Shown one piece after another: positions 28,169-38,203 of a stretch of DNA of 64,000 nt. Positions within the stretch are counted from its first letter, which is position 1. Each line of letters begins with the position of its first letter. The stretch spans positions 1 to 64,000 of the forward strand of contig JBBDMM010000002.1 of NCBI GenBank assembly GCA_040878325.1, in the 5' to 3' direction. A program made the translations under genes and the position numbers. A model generated the notes under the pieces. That model saw nothing but the letters and a program-made list of their open reading frames with translations. It was not told the DNA's origin and made no database searches. The DNA comes from Acidimicrobiia bacterium (lineage in GTDB: Bacteria; Actinomycetota; Acidimicrobiia; Spongiisociales; UBA11373).

Positions 28169-28602
28169 TCCCAATGGAACCAGACCTTCTCGCCCTTGAA
28201 CAGCTTTGCGGCGGGGTCCCAGGGGAAGTAGATCACCACCTTGAATTCGACGGGCTGGTTGGTGGGCTCCACCCCGAGCCATGGGCCTTGATGAGTGCCA
28301 GTGACGTCGGCCATCTCGAAGACGCCCTGGGGGCCGATCACGATGTCGGTCAGGTTGAAGACGATGTCGGGAAAGGCGCCGAGCAGCTCCATGTAGAAGC
28401 GGGTGGCACCCGGCTTGCCCTCCCACCGGTGGCCGGTCTGCACCAACTCGTAGACACAGTCGTCGGTGAGGGTCGACATGAGGCCGGCGATGTCGCGGTT
28501 GTCCTCGGAGATCGAGTGGTGCTTCCACAGCTCGCGTACCTCGCGGTACTCCTCCGCCGAGAAGTCGCGCCGCAGCTGCTCGAGAATCGCATCGTGGGCC
28601 AT
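28132..28602 (-). CDS. SnoaL-like ester cyclase (NTF2-like)
   Basis: FY..LLGAFPD, GTHQGPWLGVEPT; GGAGGAG RBS; C-terminus encoded by REP copy. Confidence 0.85.
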   Translation of the reverse strand: MAHDAILEQLRRDFSAEEYREVRELWKHHSISEDNRDIAGLMSTLTDDCVYELVQTGHRWEGKPGATRFYMELLGAFPDIVFNLTDIVIGPQGVFEMADVTGTHQGPWLGVEPTNQPVEFKVVIYFPWDPAAKLFKGEKVWFHWEGFAPLSPAIGD

Positions 28603-28960
28603 GTTGGGCTCCTCCCGCGGACAGGGTCTCGATCCTAGGGACCCTTCTCCGAACTCTTGCCGGAGGCGGGAGGCGGGAGGCCGGAGGCGGATCTCCTCAG
28701 AAGTGCACCGACACCTCGGGGGGCCGGTGCCAGCCGAACATGAGGTCGGCGCGGGCGAGCGCCTCGGGGGTTCCTTCGACCAGCCCGAGCCAACCAAGCG
28801 CGGCGAAGCGGGGGCTCCCCAGGTAGGCGGCGCCGAGGTGCTCGGTGGCCACCACCAGGTCGGCGGCGGCGTCGGTTCGTTCGCACTCGGCACCGGCCGG
28901 ACCGCGAATTCTCCAATCAAGGGTCTTGAAACCCGGCGGCGCAGAGCATACGTTCCCGGC

Positions 28961-29779
28961 GTGGTGCGCTCACCCGGCGCACGGCTGGCGGTGCCCCTAC
29001 TGACGATGGCGATGATGGCCCCCGGAGCCCCTCCGGCCCGGGCCGCCGACGGGTGCGTCACCACTCCGGTCGGTCTCGAATGCACCTTCGAGGGCCACAC
29101 CTACACGGTGGTGACCACGACTCTCCCTCCCCTGAGATACGTGCAAACGACCACCATGGCCGGGGTCGGCATGTGTTGGCGGTGGTCCCGGTACCCGCCC
29201 GGGTTCGACTCCACCCATCCGCCCCACCACGACCTGATCGCCGTTACCAGAACCCTGTTCCCGGAGTGTCCGGCGGTTCCCGGCGGCACCTCCATCTCGG
29301 TGAGCGAACGGGCGTGGCAGGTCTTCCGCGACTTCGCGCTCGCCCGCCCCCTCCCCCGGTTACGGCCCGAAGTGGGGATCGCCAACCTGCCGTCGCTCCT
29401 CGACGTTCCTCGTCCAGCCGCGGTGACGCACTCCGAACTGCTGCCCGATGGCAGGCGGCTCGAAGTGGTGGCCCGCGTCCAAAACGCCCGCGTCGATTGG
29501 GGTGACGGATGGACCGAAGCGATGAGTGCTTCGCAGGTCTTCGGAGGCGCCGCATCTCACCCCTACCTGCTGAAGACGTGCGCCCCCAACCAAAGGCCGG
29601 GAAATGCCCCCGCCGGCCGCTGCCACTCCACCCTCGCCGCCTATCCGGTACGCGTCACGTTCGTCTGGACGGCGCGGTACCGGGCCGGCGGCTCCTGGAT
29701 CGACCTGGGCTCGATCGAGCGAAACCGGACGGTGCAACACGACGTCGACGAGGTGATCGGCGTTCAAGTCAGGGGCTGA
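28961..29779 (+). CDS. Secreted hypothetical protein with PKD-like region
   Basis: Signal-peptide-like start; DWGDG, YPVRVT..W.ARY; several Cys. Confidence 0.6.
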   Translation: MVRSPGARLAVPLLTMAMMAPGAPPARAADGCVTTPVGLECTFEGHTYTVVTTTLPPLRYVQTTTMAGVGMCWRWSRYPPGFDSTHPPHHDLIAVTRTLFPECPAVPGGTSISVSERAWQVFRDFALARPLPRLRPEVGIANLPSLLDVPRPAAVTHSELLPDGRRLEVVARVQNARVDWGDGWTEAMSASQVFGGAASHPYLLKTCAPNQRPGNAPAGRCHSTLAAYPVRVTFVWTARYRAGGSWIDLGSIERNRTVQHDVDEVIGVQVRG

Positions 29780-29781
29780 CT

Positions 29782-29905
29782 GGCGATTGGCGATTAGCGA
29801 TTGGCAAGATCTGCGAACGCGTGCGATACGGGTCAGGATGATTCAGGCGGAAGGCGGAAGGCGGAAGGCCACCTCCTCTGGACTGGAGACTGGAGACTGG
29901 AGACT
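29782..29905. repeat. Three different heptamer arrays (GGCGATT, GGCGGAA, CTGGAGA)
   Basis: Directly visible in one intergenic region. Confidence 0.9.
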
Positions 29906-29920
29906 TCCTAACCTCTCCCA

Positions 29921-30331
29921 ATGCTCGATCCTTCCACTCCGGCGGGTTCCAAGGCGGCGGCGCTTCTCGACGACGCCGTCGTCATCTGGCTCACCACCGT
30001 CGACGCCAAGGGACAGGCGAAGGCATCCCCCGTGTGGTTCGTGGTGGACGATGGCGAGTTCCTCATCTACAGCCTGGCGGACACCCCGCGGGTGCGGAAC
30101 ATTCGCGCCAACCCCCGGGTGTCGCTCAACCTGGACAGTCGGGAGGGCGGCGACGTCGTCGTCATCGAGGGTGTCGCCCGGGTCGTGGACGGGGTATCGA
30201 GCGAGGACCACTCGGCGTATCAGGACAAGTACCGCAGCCACATGGCGTCGCTCGGTTACACCTCGGCGCAGTTCGCCGCGGGGTATCCGACTTCGATCCG
30301 GGTGGCTCCCACCAGGTGGCGGGTCCACTGA
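29921..30331 (+). CDS. PPOX-class, probably F420-dependent oxidoreductase
   Basis: WLTTV, PVWF, RNIRANPRVSL. Confidence 0.85.
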   Translation: MLDPSTPAGSKAAALLDDAVVIWLTTVDAKGQAKASPVWFVVDDGEFLIYSLADTPRVRNIRANPRVSLNLDSREGGDVVVIEGVARVVDGVSSEDHSAYQDKYRSHMASLGYTSAQFAAGYPTSIRVAPTRWRVH

Positions 30332-30391
30332 CTATCGAGTCCCCGATGGCGTCTACTGTGACTTGTCCAACTCTGAGGTGAAAAAACCACG

Positions 30392-30805
30392 ATGTTTCGC
30401 AAGAGACAAAAGCCCACCGAGGTCGTCCGGATGGACGAACTCGAACAACTCGCTGCCGAGGGGAAGCCGATCCTCATCGACTTCTGGAAGGTCGGCTGCA
30501 ACCCCTGCCGGGTCATGGACGGCATCGTCGGCGAACTGGCAGATGAATTCGCCGGGTCCGCCCACATCGTCAAGGTCAACGTCGGCATGGTGCCCGGGGC
30601 GATCGAGGCATTCGGTATCCGCTCGACACCGACATTCGTGCTGCTGGGCCGCTCCCAGAAGAAGCCGTCCAAGAAGGCCCGCAAGCGCGCCGGAGGCGCA
30701 CCGGCCCCCTCGACCGCACACTCCCCGCGGTGGCGCGCGTCGGGCCTCGTCAACAAGGACGTGCTCACCAAGGCACTCGAGTCGAACGGGGCCAAGCGGT
30801 CCTAG
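30392..30805 (+). CDS. Thioredoxin family protein
   Basis: LIDFW..GCNPC, GIRSTPT. Confidence 0.85.
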   Translation: MFRKRQKPTEVVRMDELEQLAAEGKPILIDFWKVGCNPCRVMDGIVGELADEFAGSAHIVKVNVGMVPGAIEAFGIRSTPTFVLLGRSQKKPSKKARKRAGGAPAPSTAHSPRWRASGLVNKDVLTKALESNGAKRS

Positions 30806-30848
30806 AGACCTCATCCGCATCCCCCCCGGTATCGGTATTCTTCAGTCC

Positions 30849-31220
30849 ATGCCCTACGTCGAGGTCAAGCCGCCCCGCCCGATCTTCTTCGGACTGGCGC
30901 TGATCACCATTGGGGTCCTCTTCCTGCTGCGGGAGTTCGACGTCGTCCCCGACATCTCGTTTTGGACCTTCGTGTGGCTGGCGATCGGCGGATGGCTCTT
31001 CGTCGGCACGCTCGCCGGCAGTCGCAGAGGCTGGTTCTGGCCGCTGACGCTCCTGTTGATCGGCATCTTCATGCTCATGCGCGACCTCGAAGTGTTCGAT
31101 CAGGACTTCTCGATCTGGCCAATCGTGGTGATCGCATTCGGGCTCGCCATCCTGTTCGAGGCCATGGGTTGGGGTGGTCGTGCCAAGTCGAAGCCCGAAG
31201 TCTGGCGTCACGAATCCTGA
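30849..31220 (+). CDS. LiaF-TM/DUF5668-like membrane protein
   Basis: GLALITIGVLFLL and WP...I..G repeats; four TM. Confidence 0.7.
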   Translation: MPYVEVKPPRPIFFGLALITIGVLFLLREFDVVPDISFWTFVWLAIGGWLFVGTLAGSRRGWFWPLTLLLIGIFMLMRDLEVFDQDFSIWPIVVIAFGLAILFEAMGWGGRAKSKPEVWRHES

Positions 31221-31269
31221 CCAGGGGGCCTGACTCCGCCCCCAAGTGCCCTGGACCGCGGTCATGGTG

Positions 31270-33774
31270 ATGGGCACCCAGGAAAGCGCACAACGCCCGG
31301 CGCTCACCGGACTCACGACTGCCGAAGTCCGCCGCCGCGTCGCGGCGGGCGCGGTGAACCGGGTCCCTGGCGGTCCGAGCCGCACCGTCGCCGAGATCAT
31401 CAGGGCCAACGTCATCACCCTGTTCAACATCCTCCTCGGCGCGCTGCTCGTCGTGATCCTCATCGTGGCGCCCCCGCAGGACGCCCTCTTCGGCATCGTC
31501 CTGGTGGCCAATGCGGCGATCGGGATCATCCAGGAGCTGCGAGCCAAGCGAACCCTGGACCGGCTGGCTCTCCTCAGTGCTCCCCGGGCAGTCGTGATCA
31601 GGGATGGGGTCAAACGGGAGATTCCCGTCAACGAGGTGGTCATCGACGATCTGCTGGCAATCGCCCCCGGCGACCAGATCGTCGTCGATGGACTCATCGT
31701 GCTCGGGCAGGGGCTGGAGATCAACGAAGCACTGCTCACCGGGGAGGCCGACCCGGTGCCCAAGGAGCACGCGGACGAGGTGCTCTCGGGCTCGTTCGTG
31801 TCATCGGGTTCGGGGGTCTACAAGGCACGGAGGATCGGGGTAGACGCCTACGCCGCCAAGCTCGCCGCCGAAGCCAAGAAGTTCACGCTGGTCAACTCCG
31901 AGCTGCGCCGCGGGATCGACTGGATCCTCGCGGCCATCGGATGGGTGATGGTGCCGACGATGGCGATTCTCATCCTCAGCCAGCTGCAGGCGAACGACGA
32001 GCTGAAGGAGGCCATTCGGGTCGCCGTCGGCGGGATGGTGGCGATGATCCCTCAGGGCCTGGTCCTCCTGACCTCGGTGGCATTCGCCGTCGGAGTGGTG
32101 AGGCTGGGCCGGCGCAACGTCCTCGTCCAAGAGCTGCCGGCCGTCGAGGGCCTTGCCCGGGTGGATGTCATCTGCTTCGACAAGACCGGGACCCTCACCG
32201 AAGGGCGGATGTCAGCCGAAGAGATCCTGCTGCTGGTCGACGAGGATCAAGCGATCGATTTGACCGACGCCCTCGGGGCCCTTGCGGCCGCGGAGCAGAC
32301 CCCTAACGCCACGATGCTGGCCATTGCCGAGCAGTTCCCCGAACCGGCCGGATGGATCGCCACCGCAACGGTGCCGTTCTCCTCCGCCCGGAAGTGGAGC
32401 GGAGCGAGCTTCGGCGCATTCGGTTCGTGGGTCATCGGCGCCCCCGAGGTGCTGATGCCGAACGATCGGACGATCAGCGGTGCCATCGGCGATGCCACCG
32501 CGCGCGGCAAGCGGGTGCTGCTGGTCGCCAGGTCTCCCCGACCGCTGATCAAGCAGGAGGTCCCACCCGATCTCGAACCGGTCGCCCTCGTCGTCTTGGC
32601 CGACCGGGTACGGGCGGACGCCGCCGAGACGCTGAAGTTCTTCGCGGAACAGGGGGTGCAGGCGAAGGTGATCTCCGGCGACCATCCCGACACGGTCGCC
32701 GCCATCGCCCGCGAGGTGGGCCTCGACGGCGAGGTGGTCGATGCCCGCCACCTTCCCGAGGACGAACGAGAGTTGGTGGCGGTGCTCGAGCGGGGGACGA
32801 TCTTCGGCCGGGTGACCCCTCACCAGAAGCGGGCGATGGTGAAGGCGTTGCAGTCCCGGGGCCACGTGGTCGCCATGACGGGAGACGGCGTGAACGACGT
32901 TCTCGCATTGAAGGACGCTGACATCGGGATCGCCATGGGATCGGGCTCAGGTGCCGCGCGGGCGGTCGCCCAGCTGGTGCTCCTCGACGCCTCGTTCGCC
33001 ACGATCCCCAATGTGGTGGCCGAAGGCCGCCGGGTGATCGGCAACATCGAGCGTGTCGCAAACCTGTTCGTCACCAAGACGGTGTACGCCTTCCTCTTCG
33101 CGGTGCTCGTCGGCATCTTCGCCCGGGTCTTCCCGTTCGTCCCCCGCCACCTGACCCTCATTGGCACGCTGACCATCGGCGCTCCGGCCTTCTTCCTTGC
33201 GTTGGCGCCACGCAACGACCGTGCCCGGCCGGGGTTCGTCGGGCGCGTCCTCAAGTTCGCCGTGCCGGTAGGTGCGATCGCGGCCATTGCCACTTTCAGC
33301 GCCTACGAACTGGCCATCTCGGAAGGCGTCGATCTGCTGCAGGCCCGCACCCTGGCCACGATCGTGCTGGTGGCAATCGGGATGTTCGCCCTCATCATGA
33401 ACTCCCGGCCCTTGGACGCGGGCAAGCGGGTCCTCATCGGCTCGATGGGGGCCCTGTTCGGGCTGATCCTGGTGGTCCCGGGAATGCGCGAGTTCTTCGA
33501 ACTCGAAACACCGCGCTTGCTGGTGCTCCTTGCCGGCATGGGCATCATCGGGGTGACCGGGGCGCTGCTCTATGCGTCACTGCGGTCCGTCGGATGGCTC
33601 CGGCAGATGCCCGATCTGCTGCGTACCCCCTTCGAGGGCGCCGACGGACCGGTGGGCGCCCTTCGCAACGGCATCGCCCGCATCCGCCAGCGCGCCAGCC
33701 GGATCAGCCAAACCCGGGAAGCCTCCAGCCGCCAGCCTCCAGCCGCCAGCAAGAAATCAGATTTCGAGCAATAG
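31270..33774 (+). CDS. Cation-translocating P-type ATPase (CtpE-like)
   Basis: LTGE, IPQGL, DKTGT, TGDGVND; start uncertain. Confidence 0.92.
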   Translation: MGTQESAQRPALTGLTTAEVRRRVAAGAVNRVPGGPSRTVAEIIRANVITLFNILLGALLVVILIVAPPQDALFGIVLVANAAIGIIQELRAKRTLDRLALLSAPRAVVIRDGVKREIPVNEVVIDDLLAIAPGDQIVVDGLIVLGQGLEINEALLTGEADPVPKEHADEVLSGSFVSSGSGVYKARRIGVDAYAAKLAAEAKKFTLVNSELRRGIDWILAAIGWVMVPTMAILILSQLQANDELKEAIRVAVGGMVAMIPQGLVLLTSVAFAVGVVRLGRRNVLVQELPAVEGLARVDVICFDKTGTLTEGRMSAEEILLLVDEDQAIDLTDALGALAAAEQTPNATMLAIAEQFPEPAGWIATATVPFSSARKWSGASFGAFGSWVIGAPEVLMPNDRTISGAIGDATARGKRVLLVARSPRPLIKQEVPPDLEPVALVVLADRVRADAAETLKFFAEQGVQAKVISGDHPDTVAAIAREVGLDGEVVDARHLPEDERELVAVLERGTIFGRVTPHQKRAMVKALQSRGHVVAMTGDGVNDVLALKDADIGIAMGSGSGAARAVAQLVLLDASFATIPNVVAEGRRVIGNIERVANLFVTKTVYAFLFAVLVGIFARVFPFVPRHLTLIGTLTIGAPAFFLALAPRNDRARPGFVGRVLKFAVPVGAIAAIATFSAYELAISEGVDLLQARTLATIVLVAIGMFALIMNSRPLDAGKRVLIGSMGALFGLILVVPGMREFFELETPRLLVLLAGMGIIGVTGALLYASLRSVGWLRQMPDLLRTPFEGADGPVGALRNGIARIRQRASRISQTREASSRQPPAASKKSDFEQ

Positions 33775-33788
33775 GCACATCAAGGTTT

Positions 33789-33825
33789 GGCCAATCGCCT
33801 ATCGCCGGCATCGCAAAGCGAGGCC
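33789..33825 (-). repeat. REP-like hairpin with GGCGATA/GGCGATT tail
   Basis: GGCCTCGCTTTGCGATGCC-GGCGATAGGCGATTGG directly after stop codon. Confidence 0.7.
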
Positions 33826-35037
33826 TCACTCGATCTCGATCTCCAGCAGTGAATGCGCCTCGCGCAGGGCCGCCTCCACCTCCCCGGCAGATTCGCCGCT
33901 GGCGAAGATGAAGCCGAGGTAGCGATCCCCCTCGGGCAGCGGATCGATTCGCCGGCCGATCGGCACCGTGATCTCCACCGAGCTGACGCCTTCCACTTCG
34001 CCCACCGCCGCCAGGCCACGCACCGCCCGCAAGATCCCACCCCTTGCGATCGGAATCATCATCGCCCCGCTAGCCGCACCCTCCCGGCCCATGCCACGGC
34101 GCGGCATGCCGAGGGCCGCGCGGATGAGCAGCGACTCGAGGCTCTGGCGGAGCATTCCGAAGCGAAGGGAGCGGCCGCACAACCCGCCGATCGATCGCGA
34201 AGCCACCTCGATCACCTTCGGCCCCCCGTCGGTGAGTCTCAACTCGGCGTGCACCGGTCCGTGAACGAGGCCGAGCGCCGCCACCGCCTCACCAACCACC
34301 AGCTCGATCGCTTCTGTCACCTCCGCCGGATGACGCGAGGGCGTCACGTAGATGGTCTCCTCGAAGTAGGGGCCGGTCAAGGGATCGGGCTTGTCGAACA
34401 CGGCCAACACCTCTAAACCTCCGGTACCAACCAATGCCTCGACTGCCACCTCGTCACCCTCCAGATATTCCTCGACGAGCATGGGCAATGACTCGCCGGC
34501 AGCGGCAACGATCGATGCCACCCGCTGCGCTGCGGCTCGCGCCGAGTGGCGGTCGTCGGCACGGATCACTCCGCGGCTGGCCGACAGGTTGCGGGGCTTG
34601 ACCACCACCGGGTAGCCGATGGCGTCGGCTACCCCCACCGCCCCATCGGCATCATCGATCGAGGCGAACCGCGGCTGCGGAACGCCTGCCGCCTCGAGGA
34701 ACTCGCGCATCACGATCTTGTCTCGGGTAGCCGCCACCGCCGCGACGGGGTTGTGGCGCAGGCCGAGAGCCGCTGAGGCCAGGGCGGCAATCAACACGCC
34801 GGAATCGTCGACACCGATCACCGCATCGAGCGAACGATCGGCGGCGGCAGCGACGATCGCGGCCGCAGCCACCGTCGGGTCGGAACAATCGATCGGCACC
34901 ACCGAGGCGACTCCCAACGAAAGGGGAAGTGGCCCATCGGTTGCCACGACCAGTTCGACACCCAACTCGACGGCCGCGCTCACGAAGTCGGGGCCGCGGT
35001 AGCCGGAGGTGGGGAGAACCAATCCGAGGCGAGGCAT
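33826..35037 (-). CDS. ATP-grasp domain protein
   Basis: RDK..MR, GYPVVVKP, SASRGV, VEEYLEGDE, HAE. Confidence 0.88.
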   Translation of the reverse strand: MPRLGLVLPTSGYRGPDFVSAAVELGVELVVATDGPLPLSLGVASVVPIDCSDPTVAAAAIVAAAADRSLDAVIGVDDSGVLIAALASAALGLRHNPVAAVAATRDKIVMREFLEAAGVPQPRFASIDDADGAVGVADAIGYPVVVKPRNLSASRGVIRADDRHSARAAAQRVASIVAAAGESLPMLVEEYLEGDEVAVEALVGTGGLEVLAVFDKPDPLTGPYFEETIYVTPSRHPAEVTEAIELVVGEAVAALGLVHGPVHAELRLTDGGPKVIEVASRSIGGLCGRSLRFGMLRQSLESLLIRAALGMPRRGMGREGAASGAMMIPIARGGILRAVRGLAAVGEVEGVSSVEITVPIGRRIDPLPEGDRYLGFIFASGESAGEVEAALREAHSLLEIEIE

Positions 35038-35093
35038 CTCCCTAATCATGGCGCGGAGGAGTCACTTCCTGCCTCGTTTACCATGCCTGGCTC

Positions 35094-35711
35094 ATGCCCA
35101 TCGACGATCGAAAAGTGATCTCCGTCACTCCCGAGGCGATCGAGGCCATCGTTGGAATCCGCGCGGAAGAGCCCGACGCAGGTGATCTGGCCCTCAGCGT
35201 GGCCATCAGCGGCGTGCGCGGCCTGCAGTTCGCCTACGAGCTGACCTTCATCCCGACCGCCGACGCGGCCGACGACGATGTGATCCAGACCTTCGGGGAA
35301 CTGCCCGTGGTGCTCCGGGCCGACAGTGTCCCTCGCCTCGAGGGCGCCACGATCGAGATCGGCGAGTCAGGTCTCGGCATCGACAACCCGAACAACCCCA
35401 GCCCCTCGATTCCCATCGGCGGTGCGGTCATGACGGGGCCAATGGCAGAGAGGGTGGCCCAGGTGCTCGCCGAACAGATCAATCCCGCAATCGCCGCCCA
35501 CGGCGGCCGGGCCGAGTTGGTGGGAGTCGAGGGCACCACCGTGTATCTCAAATTGGGCGGCGGTTGCCAGGGGTGCGGTATGGCCCGGGTCACGCTCGGG
35601 CAGGGCATCGAGGTCGCCATACGTGGCGCCGTCCCCGAGGTCGGCGAGATCATCGACATCACCGACCACGCCTCCGGAGAGAACCCGTACTACGAGGCGG
35701 CGAAGAAGTAG
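35094..35711 (+). CDS. nfuA: Fe-S biogenesis protein NfuA
   Basis: Degenerate A-type domain plus INPAIAAHGG, GGGCQGC, TDH..GENPYY. Confidence 0.9.
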   Translation: MPIDDRKVISVTPEAIEAIVGIRAEEPDAGDLALSVAISGVRGLQFAYELTFIPTADAADDDVIQTFGELPVVLRADSVPRLEGATIEIGESGLGIDNPNNPSPSIPIGGAVMTGPMAERVAQVLAEQINPAIAAHGGRAELVGVEGTTVYLKLGGGCQGCGMARVTLGQGIEVAIRGAVPEVGEIIDITDHASGENPYYEAAKK

Positions 35712-35814
35712 GGCGCCGAGCTTCGCTCGGCACCCGCGATGGTCGGCCGGCTGCGCCGGCCTNNNNNNNNNNGATGGGGCCTCGCTTTGCGAGGCCCGCG
35801 ATAGGCGATAAGCC
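35708..35814 (+). repeat. Two REP-like hairpins (35711-35735, 35777-35797) flanking the assembly gap
   Basis: GGGCGCCGAGCTTCGCTCGGCACCC and GGGCCTCGCTTTGCGAGGCCC-GCGATAGGCGATAAG. Confidence 0.75.
35763..35772. other. Assembly gap (10 N)
   Basis: N run. Confidence 1.
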
Positions 35815-35824
35815 AGAACTGGGG

Positions 35825-38167
35825 TCAGCCGGCCCCTCGAGCGATCTGTTCGACCTGGTTCAGGTGTTCCACGCGCCGTCTGAGTTCCGCGGCGAAGGTT
35901 TCGCGTTGGCTGAGGCGCTCTGGTCCTCCGCCGGCCAGCAGGCCGCGGTTGTCGGCGAGGCTGATGGCGTGTTCGAACAGCACGGTCGAGATCGCCTCAG
36001 CGCTGGCGATCCGCTTCTGAAGCCGGTACTGCTCCCCGAGGACGAGACAGGTCTTGACCAGCGCCTTCCTGTCGACGTCGCGCCGGTAGTCGGCCTCTAC
36101 CAGCGCGTCAGCCACCAGGAGATACGACTCGAAAATCGGACGGAGCACCCAGTGGGCCGCGTTGGGACGGATGGCCCGCAGCACCGATTTGCGGTCACCG
36201 GTCGTCAGTGCCTCCCGCCAACCGGGAGCGTGGCCGTCGAGGTCCGCGGCGATCTCCGCACGGAATGCCTCCCGCTCCGAGAAGAAGAACTCGAACTTGA
36301 GCATGTCCCGAAGTGCCCGCACCTCATCCCAGAACGACTCGATCGGCGCCGGCTCGTCCTCGGCGGCCGCCACCACGGCCATCTCGGCGATGGCGGTGGT
36401 GATGAAGAAATGGACGATGGTGTTGCGGTAGTACGCCGCCTTCAACGCCTGCTCAGGCCCCACCGCGTAGACGGTCGCAGTTCCCCCCTCGACCTTTCGG
36501 ATCACATCGTGGGCGGCGAGCGCGTCGAGAGCGCGCCGCACCGATTCCGCATCGCCGGAATCGAGCCTTTCCGTTACCGGCAGCCCGCGCCGCTCGACGA
36601 ACGCGGCGAATTCCCGCAGCGAGTCATGGGTTTCGTCGACCGTGAGTGCCCGGTCGCCTGCACCGAGCAGCGCCAGCGTGACCAGCGAGATCGGTGTGAT
36701 CGGAGTCACCCGATTGATGCGCACCGCCACCTCGAAGGCGAGTTTGGCGACCTCGAGGTGCGACGCCTCGGGATCCGGCGTCGTTCCCGGCTCGTAAGGA
36801 TCGAGGGTCGCTGCCAGCGAGATGGGCTCGCCGAAATTGACATAGATCCGCCCGTAGCGCCGGCGCATGCTTCGCAGGACGCGCACCATCCATCCGAAGG
36901 ACTCCTTCTCCTTCGCTGCGCCGCGCTGCTCTGCGGCGTGTGCCCCCACATCTTGAATCTGGTCGTAGGCGATCGAGGTGGGTACCAGCACGACGTCCTC
37001 GCAGGACCCGCGGCGCCATGAATCGGCGACATAGGCGAGCATCCCGTACTTGGGCTCGCGGAGCTTCCCACTACGGCTCCGGCCACCTTCCAGGTACCAC
37101 TCGAGCGGAAAGCGCTTGGAGAGCAGATAGTCGACGTACTGCTTCAGCACGAACTTGTAGGACTCGTTGTCCTTGAAGGCCCGCCGGATGAAGAAGATCC
37201 CATGGTGCCGCAGCAGCGGTCCGATGGGGAAGAAGTTCATGTTGATGCCACCCGCGGCGTGGTTGGGCGGCATCCCGTTCTCATAAAGCACATAGGTCAG
37301 CGCCAGATGGTCCATGTTCGACTTGTGGCTCGGGAGATATGCCAGCGAGTGCTGTCGGCCGAGTTCCTCCAAACGGGCGAGCGCCTGCTCGTCATAGACG
37401 ATCCGCTGGTCATATCCCTGCGTGTAGACGAGCCTGATCAGCGCGGCAACCAGGTCGATGACGAAGGTGCTGGGCGTGGCGGCGATCTCATCGAGGTAGC
37501 GAACCGACCGGCGGGCGAGCTCCTCGACGTCCTCCCCGGCCCGGCGCGCCAGGTCGCGCAGCCCCGCCTGGAACGATGCCCGGGTGACGAGGTCCTCGCG
37601 GAGGAACCGCGGCACCTTGTAACGGTTGCCATGCATCCTCCGCTCGGCGACCTCCAGGGCAAGGGCGCCTCGCAGGGCAACGAATTCGGCGAATCCATCT
37701 CCATCCGGCCGCCCCACTCGCGCCTCCACCCACTGACGCCGCAAGTCGGCCAGTGGAGCCGGTTCACCGGTGATCACTCGAGCTCGGTCAGGGCGGAGCC
37801 ACACGATCAGCCGCTGCAACAGCCGATTGGGATCCCGCGGATCTCCGAGGGTCACCAGGTCGAGCAGCCGGGGGACGCGACGTCCCCGCAGTGGCGACAG
37901 CCAGGCCACCCGCACCGGTACCAGCAGCGGATCGTCGGCTTCGTCTATCGCCCGCTGCAACGCTTCGACACCTCTTCGGGAGCGGCGCCGGGAGGTCGGA
38001 ACAACCACGGCTCGGCTATCCCCGCCGGGTGGTCGGTGGGTCTGTAGCCATTGGTCTATCAGCCGGCGCTCCACCGGACCGGAAGCGTCGACGAGGAACC
38101 ATATGGGTCGTCCCCCGGGGTCCGGCCATGGGGTGTCTCCCGGCGGCGGGACGGCGTGGAGAGACAT
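35825..38167 (-). CDS. plsB: Glycerol-3-phosphate 1-O-acyltransferase PlsB
   Basis: HKSNMD (HX4D), FFIRR, YLEGGRSRSGK. Confidence 0.9.
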   Translation of the reverse strand: MSLHAVPPPGDTPWPDPGGRPIWFLVDASGPVERRLIDQWLQTHRPPGGDSRAVVVPTSRRRSRRGVEALQRAIDEADDPLLVPVRVAWLSPLRGRRVPRLLDLVTLGDPRDPNRLLQRLIVWLRPDRARVITGEPAPLADLRRQWVEARVGRPDGDGFAEFVALRGALALEVAERRMHGNRYKVPRFLREDLVTRASFQAGLRDLARRAGEDVEELARRSVRYLDEIAATPSTFVIDLVAALIRLVYTQGYDQRIVYDEQALARLEELGRQHSLAYLPSHKSNMDHLALTYVLYENGMPPNHAAGGINMNFFPIGPLLRHHGIFFIRRAFKDNESYKFVLKQYVDYLLSKRFPLEWYLEGGRSRSGKLREPKYGMLAYVADSWRRGSCEDVVLVPTSIAYDQIQDVGAHAAEQRGAAKEKESFGWMVRVLRSMRRRYGRIYVNFGEPISLAATLDPYEPGTTPDPEASHLEVAKLAFEVAVRINRVTPITPISLVTLALLGAGDRALTVDETHDSLREFAAFVERRGLPVTERLDSGDAESVRRALDALAAHDVIRKVEGGTATVYAVGPEQALKAAYYRNTIVHFFITTAIAEMAVVAAAEDEPAPIESFWDEVRALRDMLKFEFFFSEREAFRAEIAADLDGHAPGWREALTTGDRKSVLRAIRPNAAHWVLRPIFESYLLVADALVEADYRRDVDRKALVKTCLVLGEQYRLQKRIASAEAISTVLFEHAISLADNRGLLAGGGPERLSQRETFAAELRRRVEHLNQVEQIARGAG

Positions 38168-38203
38168 CGCGCGAGTGTACGAGGCGTTCGCTGGACCGGA
38201 CGG

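Noticed and set aside
28635..28916. 93-aa minus-strand ORF
   Set aside because: Arg/Pro-rich, no motif or RBS, ends in a heptamer repeat; cannot be supported
35564..37021. 485-aa ORF spanning the N gap
   Set aside because: Crosses an assembly gap and is antisense to plsB
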